This document shows positions 1 through 9,733 of a stretch of DNA of 64,000 nt, piece by piece. A program made the translations under genes and the position numbers. The notes under the pieces are model-generated. The model did not search any database and was not told where the DNA came from. It saw only the letters and a program-made list of their open reading frames with translations. Location: sequence record MN695334.1; one strand, written 5' to 3'. Positions within the stretch are counted from its first letter, which is position 1. Each line of letters starts with the position of its first letter.

Positions 1-2
1 TA

Positions 3-218
3 GCTTGGGAAGATTCTGGTGATGAGTGGTATGAATTGGTTTATGATGATCGGAGGTATGCAACTGTTCCACCAATAAGTGTTCGGGAATGGGCCGGAAC
101 AAATTCCGCCGACTCGAATTTTTATCCGAGAAATGGTTCGATAAATTTGATTAAACACAATGATGAGTTGGGCTCAGATTTTAATAAAATCGCTGATGTA
201 ATTGAGGCTTATTTTTGA
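3..218 (+). CDS. Hypothetical phage protein, 5' truncated by window edge
   Basis: Frame open from position 3 (AWEDSGDEWYELVYDDRR...) to TGA at 216-218; C-terminal LIKHNDELGSDFNKIADVIE motif is common in phage small proteins. Confidence 0.6.
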   Translation, partial: AWEDSGDEWYELVYDDRRYATVPPISVREWAGTNSADSNFYPRNGSINLIKHNDELGSDFNKIADVIEAYF

Positions 219-768
219 TATGCTTACTCCTAAAGATTTGATTGAAATTTACTGCGAGAAAATCACGGGTCGTGATATTCATTATTATCACAAAGAATAT
301 AATGATCTAGCAATAAATTTTTCTTTTGATATATATCCTTTACAATATTATCTCGATATGCCTGTAGAATTTTGGAGACCATATTGGGATAATATTGTAA
401 AAGTGTGTCAGGCTATTGCCAATAATCAAGAAAATTTTAACATGCAAGAATGGCATTGTGGATCTACACATTGTCTCGCTGGGTGGGCACAATGTCTATC
501 TGAACCAAAGAAAGTTTATGGCACAATTAATTACCTATATTATTACTTTGAACCAAATAAACTATACAAGAAAAGAAGTAAAGATGGTTTATTTGCTTCA
601 GATATTGTTCGGGATGCCGTTATTTTTCTATCACCAGTGATGTCTCCATTTTTTTATCTGACTGGCCGATCCTCTGAAATGATGAATGAATTCATTCTAC
701 CTGTCGCCAATATGTACCAGATGAAAAACCGGCATACCAACGAGGCACCAACGAGGATTTTACCCTAA
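202..768 (+). CDS. CGTxHCxAGW-motif family protein, copy 1 of 7
   Basis: WDNIVKVC...FNMQEWHCGSTHCLAGWA...LSPVMSPFF aligns by eye with six other ORFs in the window. Confidence 0.8.
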   Translation: MRLIFDMLTPKDLIEIYCEKITGRDIHYYHKEYNDLAINFSFDIYPLQYYLDMPVEFWRPYWDNIVKVCQAIANNQENFNMQEWHCGSTHCLAGWAQCLSEPKKVYGTINYLYYYFEPNKLYKKRSKDGLFASDIVRDAVIFLSPVMSPFFYLTGRSSEMMNEFILPVANMYQMKNRHTNEAPTRILP

Positions 769-872
769 GATATAAGGGTAAAGAGGACATACCACTCAAA
801 TACACTTTTCGAAACCATTCACCCAAATATCACAATAAACATAAATAATTATGGTCCATCGCCATAATTAAA

Positions 873-1094
873 ATGATCGAAATTCTAGGTGTAAAATTAA
901 CTTATGACGCTTTAGCATTTCTTGTGCTATTTGCGGCTTCCGAGCTACTTCCTTTCCTACCTATAAAAGGTAATGGTTTGGTAGATATAATTCTCCGTTT
1001 GGCTCATCTAACTAAGCCTCTTCGCACTGAAGATGAACAAATAGCCGAACTATCTGCAAAAGTTAAAGAACTAACTAAAATTGCTAAAAAATAA
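873..1094 (+). CDS. Small membrane protein, possibly holin-like, probably late-expressed
   Basis: Hydrophobic ALAFLVLFAASELLPFLPI followed by a coiled, basic C-terminus; ATAAATA late-promoter-like motif at 841-847. Confidence 0.5.
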   Translation: MIEILGVKLTYDALAFLVLFAASELLPFLPIKGNGLVDIILRLAHLTKPLRTEDEQIAELSAKVKELTKIAKK

Positions 1095-1142
1095 GACTAC
1101 TTTTAAATTATGAAAATTAGTGAAGTTTTTAAAAATGTATAT

Positions 1143-1174
1143 GCAGCCAGACTCATTGTAGCTGGCTGCCTTTT
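1143..1174 (+). terminator. Rho-independent terminator
   Basis: GCAGCCAG...CTGGCTGC 8-bp stem followed by CTTTT. Confidence 0.7.
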
Positions 1175-1247
1175 ACTATGTTTCAATTTACTTGCTCTTT
1201 ATGTCTGGGATCAAATTATCCTTACTTTCCAATAAAGCATACAAATT

Positions 1248-2162
1248 ATGACTGGAATTGATGATGTAGTATTCAATAGATTTTTGGAATTGTGTGATAG
1301 CCACGGCATTTCACCAATGGCTCAAAATGCGCTGGTAGAATTTTTATATGAGACTTATTATCTTGGTCATGATAATGCATGTAAACAAATGCAATACAAA
1401 CAGGATTTGAAGGTTGGAATTGAGAATTGGAAGAAAGAATTGAAGCAAAGAGAAGAAAACGAAAAAAGATGAAGAGAAATTATTATGTTAATTGAATCAC
1501 AAGAAAGTACTATTATGAGAAAATTTAATCTTGATTTTATTGGTGAAATTGTTTCAAGCCCCGCCGGAAAATCAACTTGGTGTGGGACAACAATCAGATT
1601 CTATGGTAAATTTAAAGAGCCTGAAATTGCTTATCAAAGATACCGCAGAGAAAATTTAATTGAGGCCATCGAAATAAAAGACAGGCCACCCGAAGGTTAT
1701 CATATGTGTTCGGCATTTCAAGTAATTCCTGAACAATATCTATATCTTAAGAACTGATGAAACTTATTGATAGATATAATCAATTTTACAACAATGAAGT
1801 TTCTGGACTTCCACATGGAATGCCTATCTCTATGGAACAACTACAAGCAATTTCTTTAGAGTGTATGGTGAAAGCGTTTGCTCGTAAATATAATTTTAAA
1901 GACACTATTCCAGTGGAAGATATTTTAAATCTAGCTCAACAAATTCATATTCAAGGAAAGAAAAGTAATGGAACCCTATGATCAATTTATCCGAATCGAT
2001 GAATTCGGTGGAAACATCGGATATATAAATTGGATAAATAGTGACTTATCGACCGCACACACTTATTGGTGGAGTGGCCTACCATATCCTAGTCAATATT
2101 GGGGAGATACTTTTTTCTACTGGCATAAACGATTACTACAATATATTCCTCCACATAACTGA
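1248..2162 (+). other. Run of four small hypothetical ORFs
   Basis: Closely packed or overlapping + strand ORFs (1248-1472, 1485-1757, 1757-1981, 1968-2162); no recognisable motifs. Confidence 0.6.
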
Positions 2163-2211
2163 AGAATAATAAATTTATATTCTTTTATTATATAATAACA
2201 TAAAAAACATC

Positions 2212-3837
2212 ATGAAACATTCAATATTTCACATATTATCCACTAAGATTTTTAAGCATATTAGATTACCACTTCTCGCTGCCACTATTATAGCTGGCAC
2301 TATATTCGATTATGATAATGGCGCTCAGGCGTCACCTGTAAACATTTCGTCTATTGTCGTTGGTGATGGTGGATTCACCATTAACGGGGATACTCAGTAT
2401 AGTTACAGTGGCTTCAGTGTTTCGGGGGTCGGAGATATCAATGGGGATGGTTTGCTGGATGTATTAGTAGGCGCCCCTGGAAAGGGTGTAAAAATTGGAA
2501 GAGATGTCGGACAGGCTTATGTGGTGTTCGGAAAAAAATCAAAAACACCAACTAACCTACGTGATGTTGCTGCAGGTATTGGTGGATATACCATCATTGG
2601 GCAGAATGGCCTTGACATGGCAGGATTCTCTGTCTCTAGATTAGGTGACGTGAATGGTGACGGTCTGGCCGATGTATTGGTTGGCGCACCATTTAGTGAT
2701 CCGGCTACTGGTGCTAATGCTGGTCGATCCTACGTGGTGTTTGGTCAACGCACAACAAGACCAGTTTTCCTAGCTGATGTTGCTAACGGAGTCGGTGGTT
2801 TCGTGATTAACGGACAATCGGCTGGAGATAGAAGCGGTACTAGTGTTTCTGCGGCTGGTGATGTTAATGGAGATGGCTTCGCGGATTTAATTATCGGCGC
2901 CCCATTCGCAAATGGTGGTGTTGGTCGATCTTATGTCGTGTTTGGAAGTAGAACTCGCACAGCTATTGACCTGTCTAATATTGCTGCTGGTAGGGGTGGT
3001 TTTGTTATCAATGGTGAGTCTATTGAAAATCAAAGTGGAATCAGTGTCACTGGTGCTGGTGATGTGAACGGTGATGGACTTGCTGATCTAGCTGTCGGGG
3101 CTCCTAAAAACAATGGTGGCGATGTCCGAAATGGTCGCTCCTATGTGGTGTTTGGGAGCAGAACTCCAGCGAATGTTAATCTATCCGATATCGCCGCCGG
3201 GAGAGGGGGATTCCGAATTGATGGATCTCAACTATTCAGTTACAGTGGTACGGTTGTCTCTGGTGCTGGTGATATCAACGGAGATGGTTTGGCTGATTTA
3301 CTAGTTGGTACACCTGGAGGTAAACCAAGTGACACCACATATAACGCTGGTCGCACCTATGTAGTTTTTGGTAAAAATACAACCACCCCGGTGCTATTGG
3401 CAGATCTTGACGCTGGTAGGAGTGGAGGATTTGTTATCAATGGTGAAGGGCGTGAAGATGCCTCTGGAAGAAGTGTTGTCGGTTTAGGTGACATAAATCG
3501 TGATGGATTGTCAGACATTGGTATTGGTGCACCAACGGCAAATACCACCAGAGTTGATGCGGGAAAGGCTTATGTCGTATATGGAAAAAAATCTTTTACA
3601 CCCGTTAATCTAGCGACTTTGGCCACCACAAATAGTGGTTTTGTTGTTCTCGGGAAGGCCAGTTTCGACTACACTGGAACCAGTATTGCACCCGCTGGAG
3701 ATGTCAATGGTGATGGGTTACCTGATATACTTGTTGGCGCTATTGGAGGAAATTCACGAGCAAACTCTAGTAATCTAAAGATTCGGGAACTTGGATACAG
3801 GTCAGGGCAGACCTTTGTTATTCTGGGTAAGCCATGA
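2212..3837 (+). CDS. FG-GAP / integrin-alpha-like seven-bladed beta-propeller with putative signal peptide
   Basis: Seven GD(I/V)N(G/R)DGxxD Ca-binding motifs, each followed by (V/I/A)G(A/T)(P/I) and G..YV(V/I)(F/Y/L)G; N-terminal hydrophobic stretch ending in AQA. Confidence 0.9.
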   Translation: MKHSIFHILSTKIFKHIRLPLLAATIIAGTIFDYDNGAQASPVNISSIVVGDGGFTINGDTQYSYSGFSVSGVGDINGDGLLDVLVGAPGKGVKIGRDVGQAYVVFGKKSKTPTNLRDVAAGIGGYTIIGQNGLDMAGFSVSRLGDVNGDGLADVLVGAPFSDPATGANAGRSYVVFGQRTTRPVFLADVANGVGGFVINGQSAGDRSGTSVSAAGDVNGDGFADLIIGAPFANGGVGRSYVVFGSRTRTAIDLSNIAAGRGGFVINGESIENQSGISVTGAGDVNGDGLADLAVGAPKNNGGDVRNGRSYVVFGSRTPANVNLSDIAAGRGGFRIDGSQLFSYSGTVVSGAGDINGDGLADLLVGTPGGKPSDTTYNAGRTYVVFGKNTTTPVLLADLDAGRSGGFVINGEGREDASGRSVVGLGDINRDGLSDIGIGAPTANTTRVDAGKAYVVYGKKSFTPVNLATLATTNSGFVVLGKASFDYTGTSIAPAGDVNGDGLPDILVGAIGGNSRANSSNLKIRELGYRSGQTFVILGKP

Positions 3838-4574
3838 ATATAAAAGATTACCACGACTTGTGCACTGAACTGCTATCCGAGCTTTCTGAACTATATTCAT
3901 TAGTTAATGGTGAATGCCCCTCTCTTCTGGATGAAGATAGTGGGGGAGACGCTAGACTAGATTTAGCGATTGACGACCTAATACCTAGGGCCAAAGCCTT
4001 TCTCTTTGCACCTGAGGCAGTGAATAGGGTATCCATGGCCGCTGAGACGATCACTGACGACCAGGGAACACCATGGCAACAAACCATGAATGGGTCGCTA
4101 TGGGCAAAAGCCTTCTGCTCTATGCATGGGGGTGATGAAGAATTGATGTTAGGTTGGTTTTGTAACGCTATTATGGCGGGGTGGGATCATCACCAATGGC
4201 TACTGGACGACGAAGCCACATTAGCAGGGATGGATGATATGTCGGATGAAGAGATTCTTCATATCTTTGATGTTGCTTGGGGGGAGGATATTCCAGAAAC
4301 GCCTATTCTGGAGCGACCTAATGCTCGATGCATTAGAGGTATTCGTGCCGTCATTGCCCACATTATCCGATCCTCTCCAATTCCAGTGAGCGAGAGATTG
4401 CCTGAGGCGAGCGATTGTGATGCGGAGGGAAAGTGTTGGTGGCGGACGGTAGCGGCAGCGGGAGGTGGAAGCAAACGCTCAGACTACTTCGTGTTCTGGA
4501 CATTCACCGAAAGTTGCCAGACTGCATCACACTGGTTGCCACACTGGGCGCTTCCGTTGGGGGTGAAGTCATGA
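3834..4574 (+). CDS. Mosaic hypothetical protein with C-terminal DUF551-like module
   Basis: C-terminal PIPVSERLP...CWW...SHWLPHWALP resembles the end of 10111-10596. Confidence 0.6.
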   Translation: MNIKDYHDLCTELLSELSELYSLVNGECPSLLDEDSGGDARLDLAIDDLIPRAKAFLFAPEAVNRVSMAAETITDDQGTPWQQTMNGSLWAKAFCSMHGGDEELMLGWFCNAIMAGWDHHQWLLDDEATLAGMDDMSDEEILHIFDVAWGEDIPETPILERPNARCIRGIRAVIAHIIRSSPIPVSERLPEASDCDAEGKCWWRTVAAAGGGSKRSDYFVFWTFTESCQTASHWLPHWALPLGVKS

Positions 4575-5097
4575 TTAAGACAATGATTCCGCTTGGTGCC
4601 CTTTGCTCTCAAGACTTTAGTGTATTTAATTGGCCAAGAGCGTCTGATCATCCTGAGACGGTATTCATGGGACAAAAGCTTCAAGGTGGTGGTTTCAGGC
4701 TCTCGGCTCCTGGATATGGTGAGCCTGGAAACTACGGATGTGGGGCCATCTTTGTGAGTAAAATGACTGCATTAATAGATTCTGAAGGTAATCGACTATG
4801 AGCAATGAAACANCAATGACTACTGACACTAACTCTTCCGACAATCGCCCAGACTGGAAACTTCTGTGCTATGATCTATTGGAGGCACTTTACCAATCAC
4901 AACACCCGGCATATTCATATCCCAGCTTCATTCTGAACAGGATGCAAGATGCTCGTGACGCACTATTATCCGATTCACTGTATGAGGGACCAAGTGATGA
5001 AGAAATCATTGCTTTCTGGAGTGAACATTGTGCTGGTGATGGTGACGCTGGAATTCTGCGCCTTGCCCGACATAACACACATAAACAAACACATTAA
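4571..5097 (+). other. Two small hypothetical ORFs (4571-4801, 4798-5097)
   Basis: ATGA overlaps; likely start of the first is ATG 4571, in frame with the tracked 4433 ORF. Confidence 0.55.
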
Positions 5098-5114
5098 ACA
5101 CAAAATTATAAATT

Positions 5115-5774
5115 ATGATGTCTTCTCAAATACAATCAAAAACTGATATGTTTGAACTACTTCCTTATGAGACATTCCGTAATACACCATCTGTTAAGTT
5201 TTATGACATTACGGTTGATAATTCAAATGCAAGGGATCTGGTGGTTCATAGTGGACGAGCAATCAGTCCCAATGACGATGAAACAGGCGCCTGGCAATTT
5301 TATATGCACCAACATCAAGTAGATAACTTACTTGCTGTGTCTGGGGGTAGAACCTTTTATCTAGTGAATCCAAATTGGAGTGAACCATATCATGAAGTTC
5401 GCATAGTAGCTGGTGGTGAAATTCTTCGGATTCCGCCTGGTACTTATCATCGATCAGTAAGTGATCCTGGTGGTTCTATTGTAATTAATCAGGCAGTACG
5501 TGACGATGTATTTGATGTTGTGAGTGAGTTTAAAATTCACAATAGTAAACAAATTCCGAACATTGAGAAATATTTGTCTTCCATGTATAACAATCTTGAG
5601 AGTCAAATAATGCACTTGTTTATTCATATGGAAACTCCACCGGATACAATCGAAGGTATTTACAACTGTCTGATGCGTAAACCATATATGTATGAAATCA
5701 GTAGTTGTGTTTGGCAATTAGCTTCCACAGGAAAATTAGTTGTAGAATCCGGTCATATTAAATTAAAAAATTAA
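5115..5774 (+). CDS. Cupin-fold (RmlC-like) protein with C-terminal extension
   Basis: FYMHQHQVDNL...LRIPPGTYHRS two-part cupin motif. Confidence 0.7.
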   Translation: MMSSQIQSKTDMFELLPYETFRNTPSVKFYDITVDNSNARDLVVHSGRAISPNDDETGAWQFYMHQHQVDNLLAVSGGRTFYLVNPNWSEPYHEVRIVAGGEILRIPPGTYHRSVSDPGGSIVINQAVRDDVFDVVSEFKIHNSKQIPNIEKYLSSMYNNLESQIMHLFIHMETPPDTIEGIYNCLMRKPYMYEISSCVWQLASTGKLVVESGHIKLKN

Positions 5775-5784
5775 GGAAAAAATT

Positions 5785-6288
5785 ATGAAAATTGTGAGTG
5801 GTGATTTAATTAAACTGGCAGAAGAAGGGTGTTTTGACGTAATCTTTCATGGTTGCAACTGCTTTCATGTTATGGGTGGTGGTATCGCCAGACAACTGGC
5901 AGATAAGTATCCTCAAGTAGCAAGAGCGGATAAACTGAGTGGATATGGAGATAAGAATAAACTAGGGACATTTTCACAGGTCAGGGTGAAGGCTAGTAAT
6001 GGTAATATTTTTACTGTTAAAAATGTTTATACTCAATACAGACCAAGTTATGGTAATGATGTATTTGTGTATGGGGCATTTAAAGAATTTTTAGACCTAC
6101 AAGTTGATTATCTTTCCTGTATGACAATTCCTAAAAGTAGACCAAAAGAACGATTAGGATTTCCTATGATTGGCGCTGGACTTGCTGGTGGTGATTGGAG
6201 TAGGATTCTTCCTATGATTGAAGACTTTGCAAATCAAGTCGAAGAATATGCTGATGTGACAATAGTTGAATATCTACCAAATACATAA
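5785..6288 (+). CDS. Macro domain (ADP-ribose binding/hydrolase) protein
   Basis: GDL...HGCNCFHVMGGGIA...FPMIGAGLAGGDW macro-domain signatures. Confidence 0.88.
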   Translation: MKIVSGDLIKLAEEGCFDVIFHGCNCFHVMGGGIARQLADKYPQVARADKLSGYGDKNKLGTFSQVRVKASNGNIFTVKNVYTQYRPSYGNDVFVYGAFKEFLDLQVDYLSCMTIPKSRPKERLGFPMIGAGLAGGDWSRILPMIEDFANQVEEYADVTIVEYLPNT

Positions 6289-6298
6289 GAGAAATAAA

Positions 6299-6851
6299 AT
6301 GGCAAAAATTAATCCGATCACTTATTATATTCATGATTGCATTCTCAGAGGATGGAGAAATGTAGGATACTCATTTCAGGCGTGGTCTAAACTAATGACT
6401 TCCAATTATTCTTCTTATGATATATTCGATGATACCAATTATCCTTATACACCAGAAGAAAAAGAAAAATCTACTTATCATGACTTCTGGGATAGTATGG
6501 AAGATGATATATACCCAAAAGAATTTATAGAATATCTTCTAGATTTATGTGAAGAAGTGCAGAATGGAACAGCACAACTAATTCCATGGGAAAAAGTTAG
6601 GGACGAGATAATGGTCGATATGGAGAAAAAACATGAATTATGATGATTTATGCGCTGCCACTCAAGCAGTAGAGGAAGCATTTCGTGGTCCATGGTGGTT
6701 GGAGTACCAAGTAATTTCACCGGAACGTGTTCGCCTAGTTGCTGCTATTCGCGCTTTAGTGAAGAACTGTGTTTACGTTGATGATTATGGTACTGAGTAC
6801 ATATCCCCAGAAGATATTATTGCCATCGCCGCACAATTAGAGAACAACTGA
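6299..6851 (+). other. Two hypothetical ORFs
   Basis: Tracked ORFs 6266-6643 (likely start ATG 6299) and 6633-6851. Confidence 0.55.
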
Positions 6852-6968
6852 ATTTATATAATAAACAAATATCTTCTCAAGCACGGAGATGGCTGACCAC
6901 TTGAAGAACTGTCCACTGGGAGAAATCTGGGTTGACTTTTTGGGTATTATACTAAGGTAAGAAAAGAA

Positions 6969-7745
6969 CTAACTGACTAATTTTAAAAATTCATCGTATT
7001 CCACTGCAATTCCAACGCCTCTTTTGGCACCCAGCGACTTCAATTTTTTGTTTACTCTGTAGTATAGGGACTTATACTTTTGATCCACATATATGATTTT
7101 GTACGTGTAATTGTATTTGTTTTTGAGAATACTAGATAATCTAGAGTGAGATTCAATCTGATCATCACTTAGTTGTCCCGATTTTATTTCAACTACCATC
7201 TTATCATTTACAATATAATCTGGTCGCCTACCTTCTAATGATTTTTGAAAAACGTAATTTATGTTATTCTTCTCTAAGATTAAATAATATAAAAATTCTG
7301 CACCAGAAGCAAACCAGAGTCCATTACACCAAATAGAATATCCTCTAGTTTTTATATTAGTGTCTGGAAAATATTCTTGACTATTGCTTCTATATCTTAC
7401 TGATGCTAATTTTTGTATTTCTTGAATACTTCTTTTTTGTATGTTGTGTTTGTTCAAATAATATGATATTGACTGATAAGACACATTTAGTATTTTAGAT
7501 AATTCATTCATGGATAACTTTTCTATGATGTATTTCTGATACAACCAATCTTTACTTCTCAGCTCTTTTCTCCTGCCATGAATATTATTTCTTTTCATAA
7601 TTGCGTGTATTGTTGCTGCAGAAGTTCCTAGATTTTTGGCTATTTCTGTCAGTGACATGTCCCGAAGGAGATAACTATCGATGGCAGATATCATATCTTC
7701 CTTGGTCTTGAAATTTTTCTTCCACCAGCCCTTGTTTTGATTCAT
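6969..7745 (-). CDS. Putative free-standing homing endonuclease: HTH repeats plus PD-(D/E)XK nuclease domain
   Basis: HTH-like LTEIAKNLGTSAATIH and MNELSKILNVSYQSIS; catalytic-like E...RPDYIVNDKMVVEIKSG; start ATG 7745 preceded by CTAAATA (7784-7778). Confidence 0.7.
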   Translation of the reverse strand: MNQNKGWWKKNFKTKEDMISAIDSYLLRDMSLTEIAKNLGTSAATIHAIMKRNNIHGRRKELRSKDWLYQKYIIEKLSMNELSKILNVSYQSISYYLNKHNIQKRSIQEIQKLASVRYRSNSQEYFPDTNIKTRGYSIWCNGLWFASGAEFLYYLILEKNNINYVFQKSLEGRRPDYIVNDKMVVEIKSGQLSDDQIESHSRLSSILKNKYNYTYKIIYVDQKYKSLYYRVNKKLKSLGAKRGVGIAVEYDEFLKLVS

Positions 7746-7788
7746 TATTTTTACGTTAAAAAACTTCTGATATATCTTATTTAGCAAA

Positions 7789-8982
7789 ATGTTAAATTAT
7801 CAATTTCCTACCATTGAAACTATCGGGGATGTATTACCTCACATTCAAGGTAGAACCGAGTTCCGAGTATTTCATAAAGATTGGTACTCTGTTGTCAACT
7901 ATGTAGTTGCCAACCCAGAAACTTTTGATTGGGATTATACTGATCCAATTGGGTCTGCTGTTAGGAGAGAGTGTCGTGGACTGATCTTTGATCATGTTGG
8001 CAATATCATTAGTAAAAGTTATCACAAGTTCTTCAACGTTGGTGAGAAGCCAGAAACTCAGAGCAACAAGATCAATCTCTATCAACCACATGTGATTCTG
8101 GAGAAGCTGGATGGTTCTATGATCCGTCCTATTCCTACTGGTCATGGTAAAGAGTTTCGTCTCGGTACTAAAGCTGGTATCACTGATGTTTCGATGAATG
8201 CAGAAGTATTCATTGCTGACAAGCCAGAGTACACTGAGTTCATTGAAGAATGCTTTAGAATTAACTGTACTGCAATTTTTGAATGGTGTTCTCGTAAGAA
8301 TCCTATCGTTATCGACTATCCAGAAGATAAACTGATTCTTACTGCTATCCGTGCAAATGATCATGGAGAATACATCAGATATCCTGCAATGAAGAGTCTT
8401 GCAGCAAGTTACACTATTCCAGTAGTAAAGGCAATCGATGGTCTTGCTATTCAAAACATTGATCTGTTCGTGAAGCAGATTCGTGAATGGGAAGACGCTG
8501 AGGGTGTAGTGATTCGTTTTGATGATGGCCACATGGTCAAAATTAAGGCAGATGATTATGTTCTTCGTCATAAGTCGAAGGATGCTATCAGCCAGGAAAA
8601 AAATGTGATCTCTACTATCGTCAACGACGAAGTTGATGATCTAATTCCTCTGCTGACCGAAGAGGACGCAAAAAGAATTCTAGCGTTTCAAAAAGTATTC
8701 TGGTACTGTGTTGATGAACTGGTAGTGGAACTTGAATCAGAGTATTCATTTGGATCTGCTCAGTTTCCCGAAAGAAAAGATTTTGCTGTAAATTTTGTTG
8801 GTCGAATGCTACAAAGCACTGAAAACAAGAAAAGGTATATACCAATCATGTATTCAATGAGGTCTGGCAAGACTGCTAGAGAAGCACTGGTAGCAATGAT
8901 TCAAAAATCAGTATCAAGTCAAACAAAAATTGATGAAAATCGCTGGTTGTTTGGAAATCTACAATGGAACCAGCCAGTCTAG
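7789..8982 (+). CDS. rnlA: T4-like RNA ligase 1
   Basis: RECRGLIFD, KFFNVGE, motif I EKLDGS, FEW and EGVV...MVKIKADDY. Confidence 0.92.
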   Translation: MLNYQFPTIETIGDVLPHIQGRTEFRVFHKDWYSVVNYVVANPETFDWDYTDPIGSAVRRECRGLIFDHVGNIISKSYHKFFNVGEKPETQSNKINLYQPHVILEKLDGSMIRPIPTGHGKEFRLGTKAGITDVSMNAEVFIADKPEYTEFIEECFRINCTAIFEWCSRKNPIVIDYPEDKLILTAIRANDHGEYIRYPAMKSLAASYTIPVVKAIDGLAIQNIDLFVKQIREWEDAEGVVIRFDDGHMVKIKADDYVLRHKSKDAISQEKNVISTIVNDEVDDLIPLLTEEDAKRILAFQKVFWYCVDELVVELESEYSFGSAQFPERKDFAVNFVGRMLQSTENKKRYIPIMYSMRSGKTAREALVAMIQKSVSSQTKIDENRWLFGNLQWNQPV

Positions 8983-9052
8983 TAACTGGCACACTCACAC
9001 CTAATTCCAGATCAATTCATGCTATACTTTAAAAGTAAAAGAGGACTATTCA

Positions 9053-9223
9053 ATGTTTGAAGCGATTTGTGTTGCTTATTATGAGGGAAGAGTATTGTGT
9101 GCTTTCGTTGATCGAGAGGAAGTAAAGAGGTATCTTAAAGAACATCATTCAACAATCGATCCGTTTGATGTCTCAATCAAATCTCAATTTCTTTCCGATT
9201 CAAACCCTAAATTTGGCCGATAA
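9053..9223 (+). CDS. Small hypothetical protein (56 aa), not in ORF track
   Basis: MFEAICVAYYEGRVLCAFVDREEV... directly downstream of the promoter at 8972-9028. Confidence 0.55.
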   Translation: MFEAICVAYYEGRVLCAFVDREEVKRYLKEHHSTIDPFDVSIKSQFLSDSNPKFGR

Positions 9224-9713
9224 TGAACAACGAACCCACTCTTGTAATGCTTTGTGNACCACCATGTTCTGGTAAATCCACTTATGTTCGCAAACTTTTA
9301 CTTGAAAACGACTACGGCTATAACAATCATGTAGTTTTATCCACAGATAACTACATTGAACGAATGGCTACCAAACTTAATAGCACTTATTCTCAAATCT
9401 TTGAAGAATATGTTGATGCTGCTTCTCGTGAACTTGATCTTGAGTTGAAGGAAGCTATTCGCGGAAATAAATCTATCATTTGGGATCAAACAAACCTTAC
9501 ATCAAAAGCACGTAAAAGAAAGCTGAATAAAATTCCAGCATATTACAGTAAAAGTGCTGCGTGGTTTTTGGCTTCTCTTGAGACTATTTTTCAAGAAATG
9601 AAAATCGCCCAGGAAAATATATTCCAAAGAGTATTCTTCGTAGGATGCATTCTCAGTTTGAACGACCTACCCTAGAGGAAGGCTTTGATTATGTAGTGGG
9701 TGAAACAAATTAA
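9223..9713 (+). pseudogene. AAA_33/polynucleotide-kinase-like P-loop kinase with apparent 1-nt deletion near 9592-9596 (real lesion or assembly error)
   Basis: Walker A CxPPCSGKST and WDQTNL; the canonical tail RNENRPGKYIPKSILRRMHSQFERPTLEEGFD continues in the shifted frame to TAA 9711-9713. Confidence 0.75.
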
Positions 9714-9733
9714 ACAACAATTTACAAAATACT

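Noticed and set aside
6969-7787. Group I intron carrying the endonuclease
   Set aside because: The insert lies outside the rnlA coding sequence, the ORF is antisense and fills the space, and no P/Q/R/S core elements are recognisable
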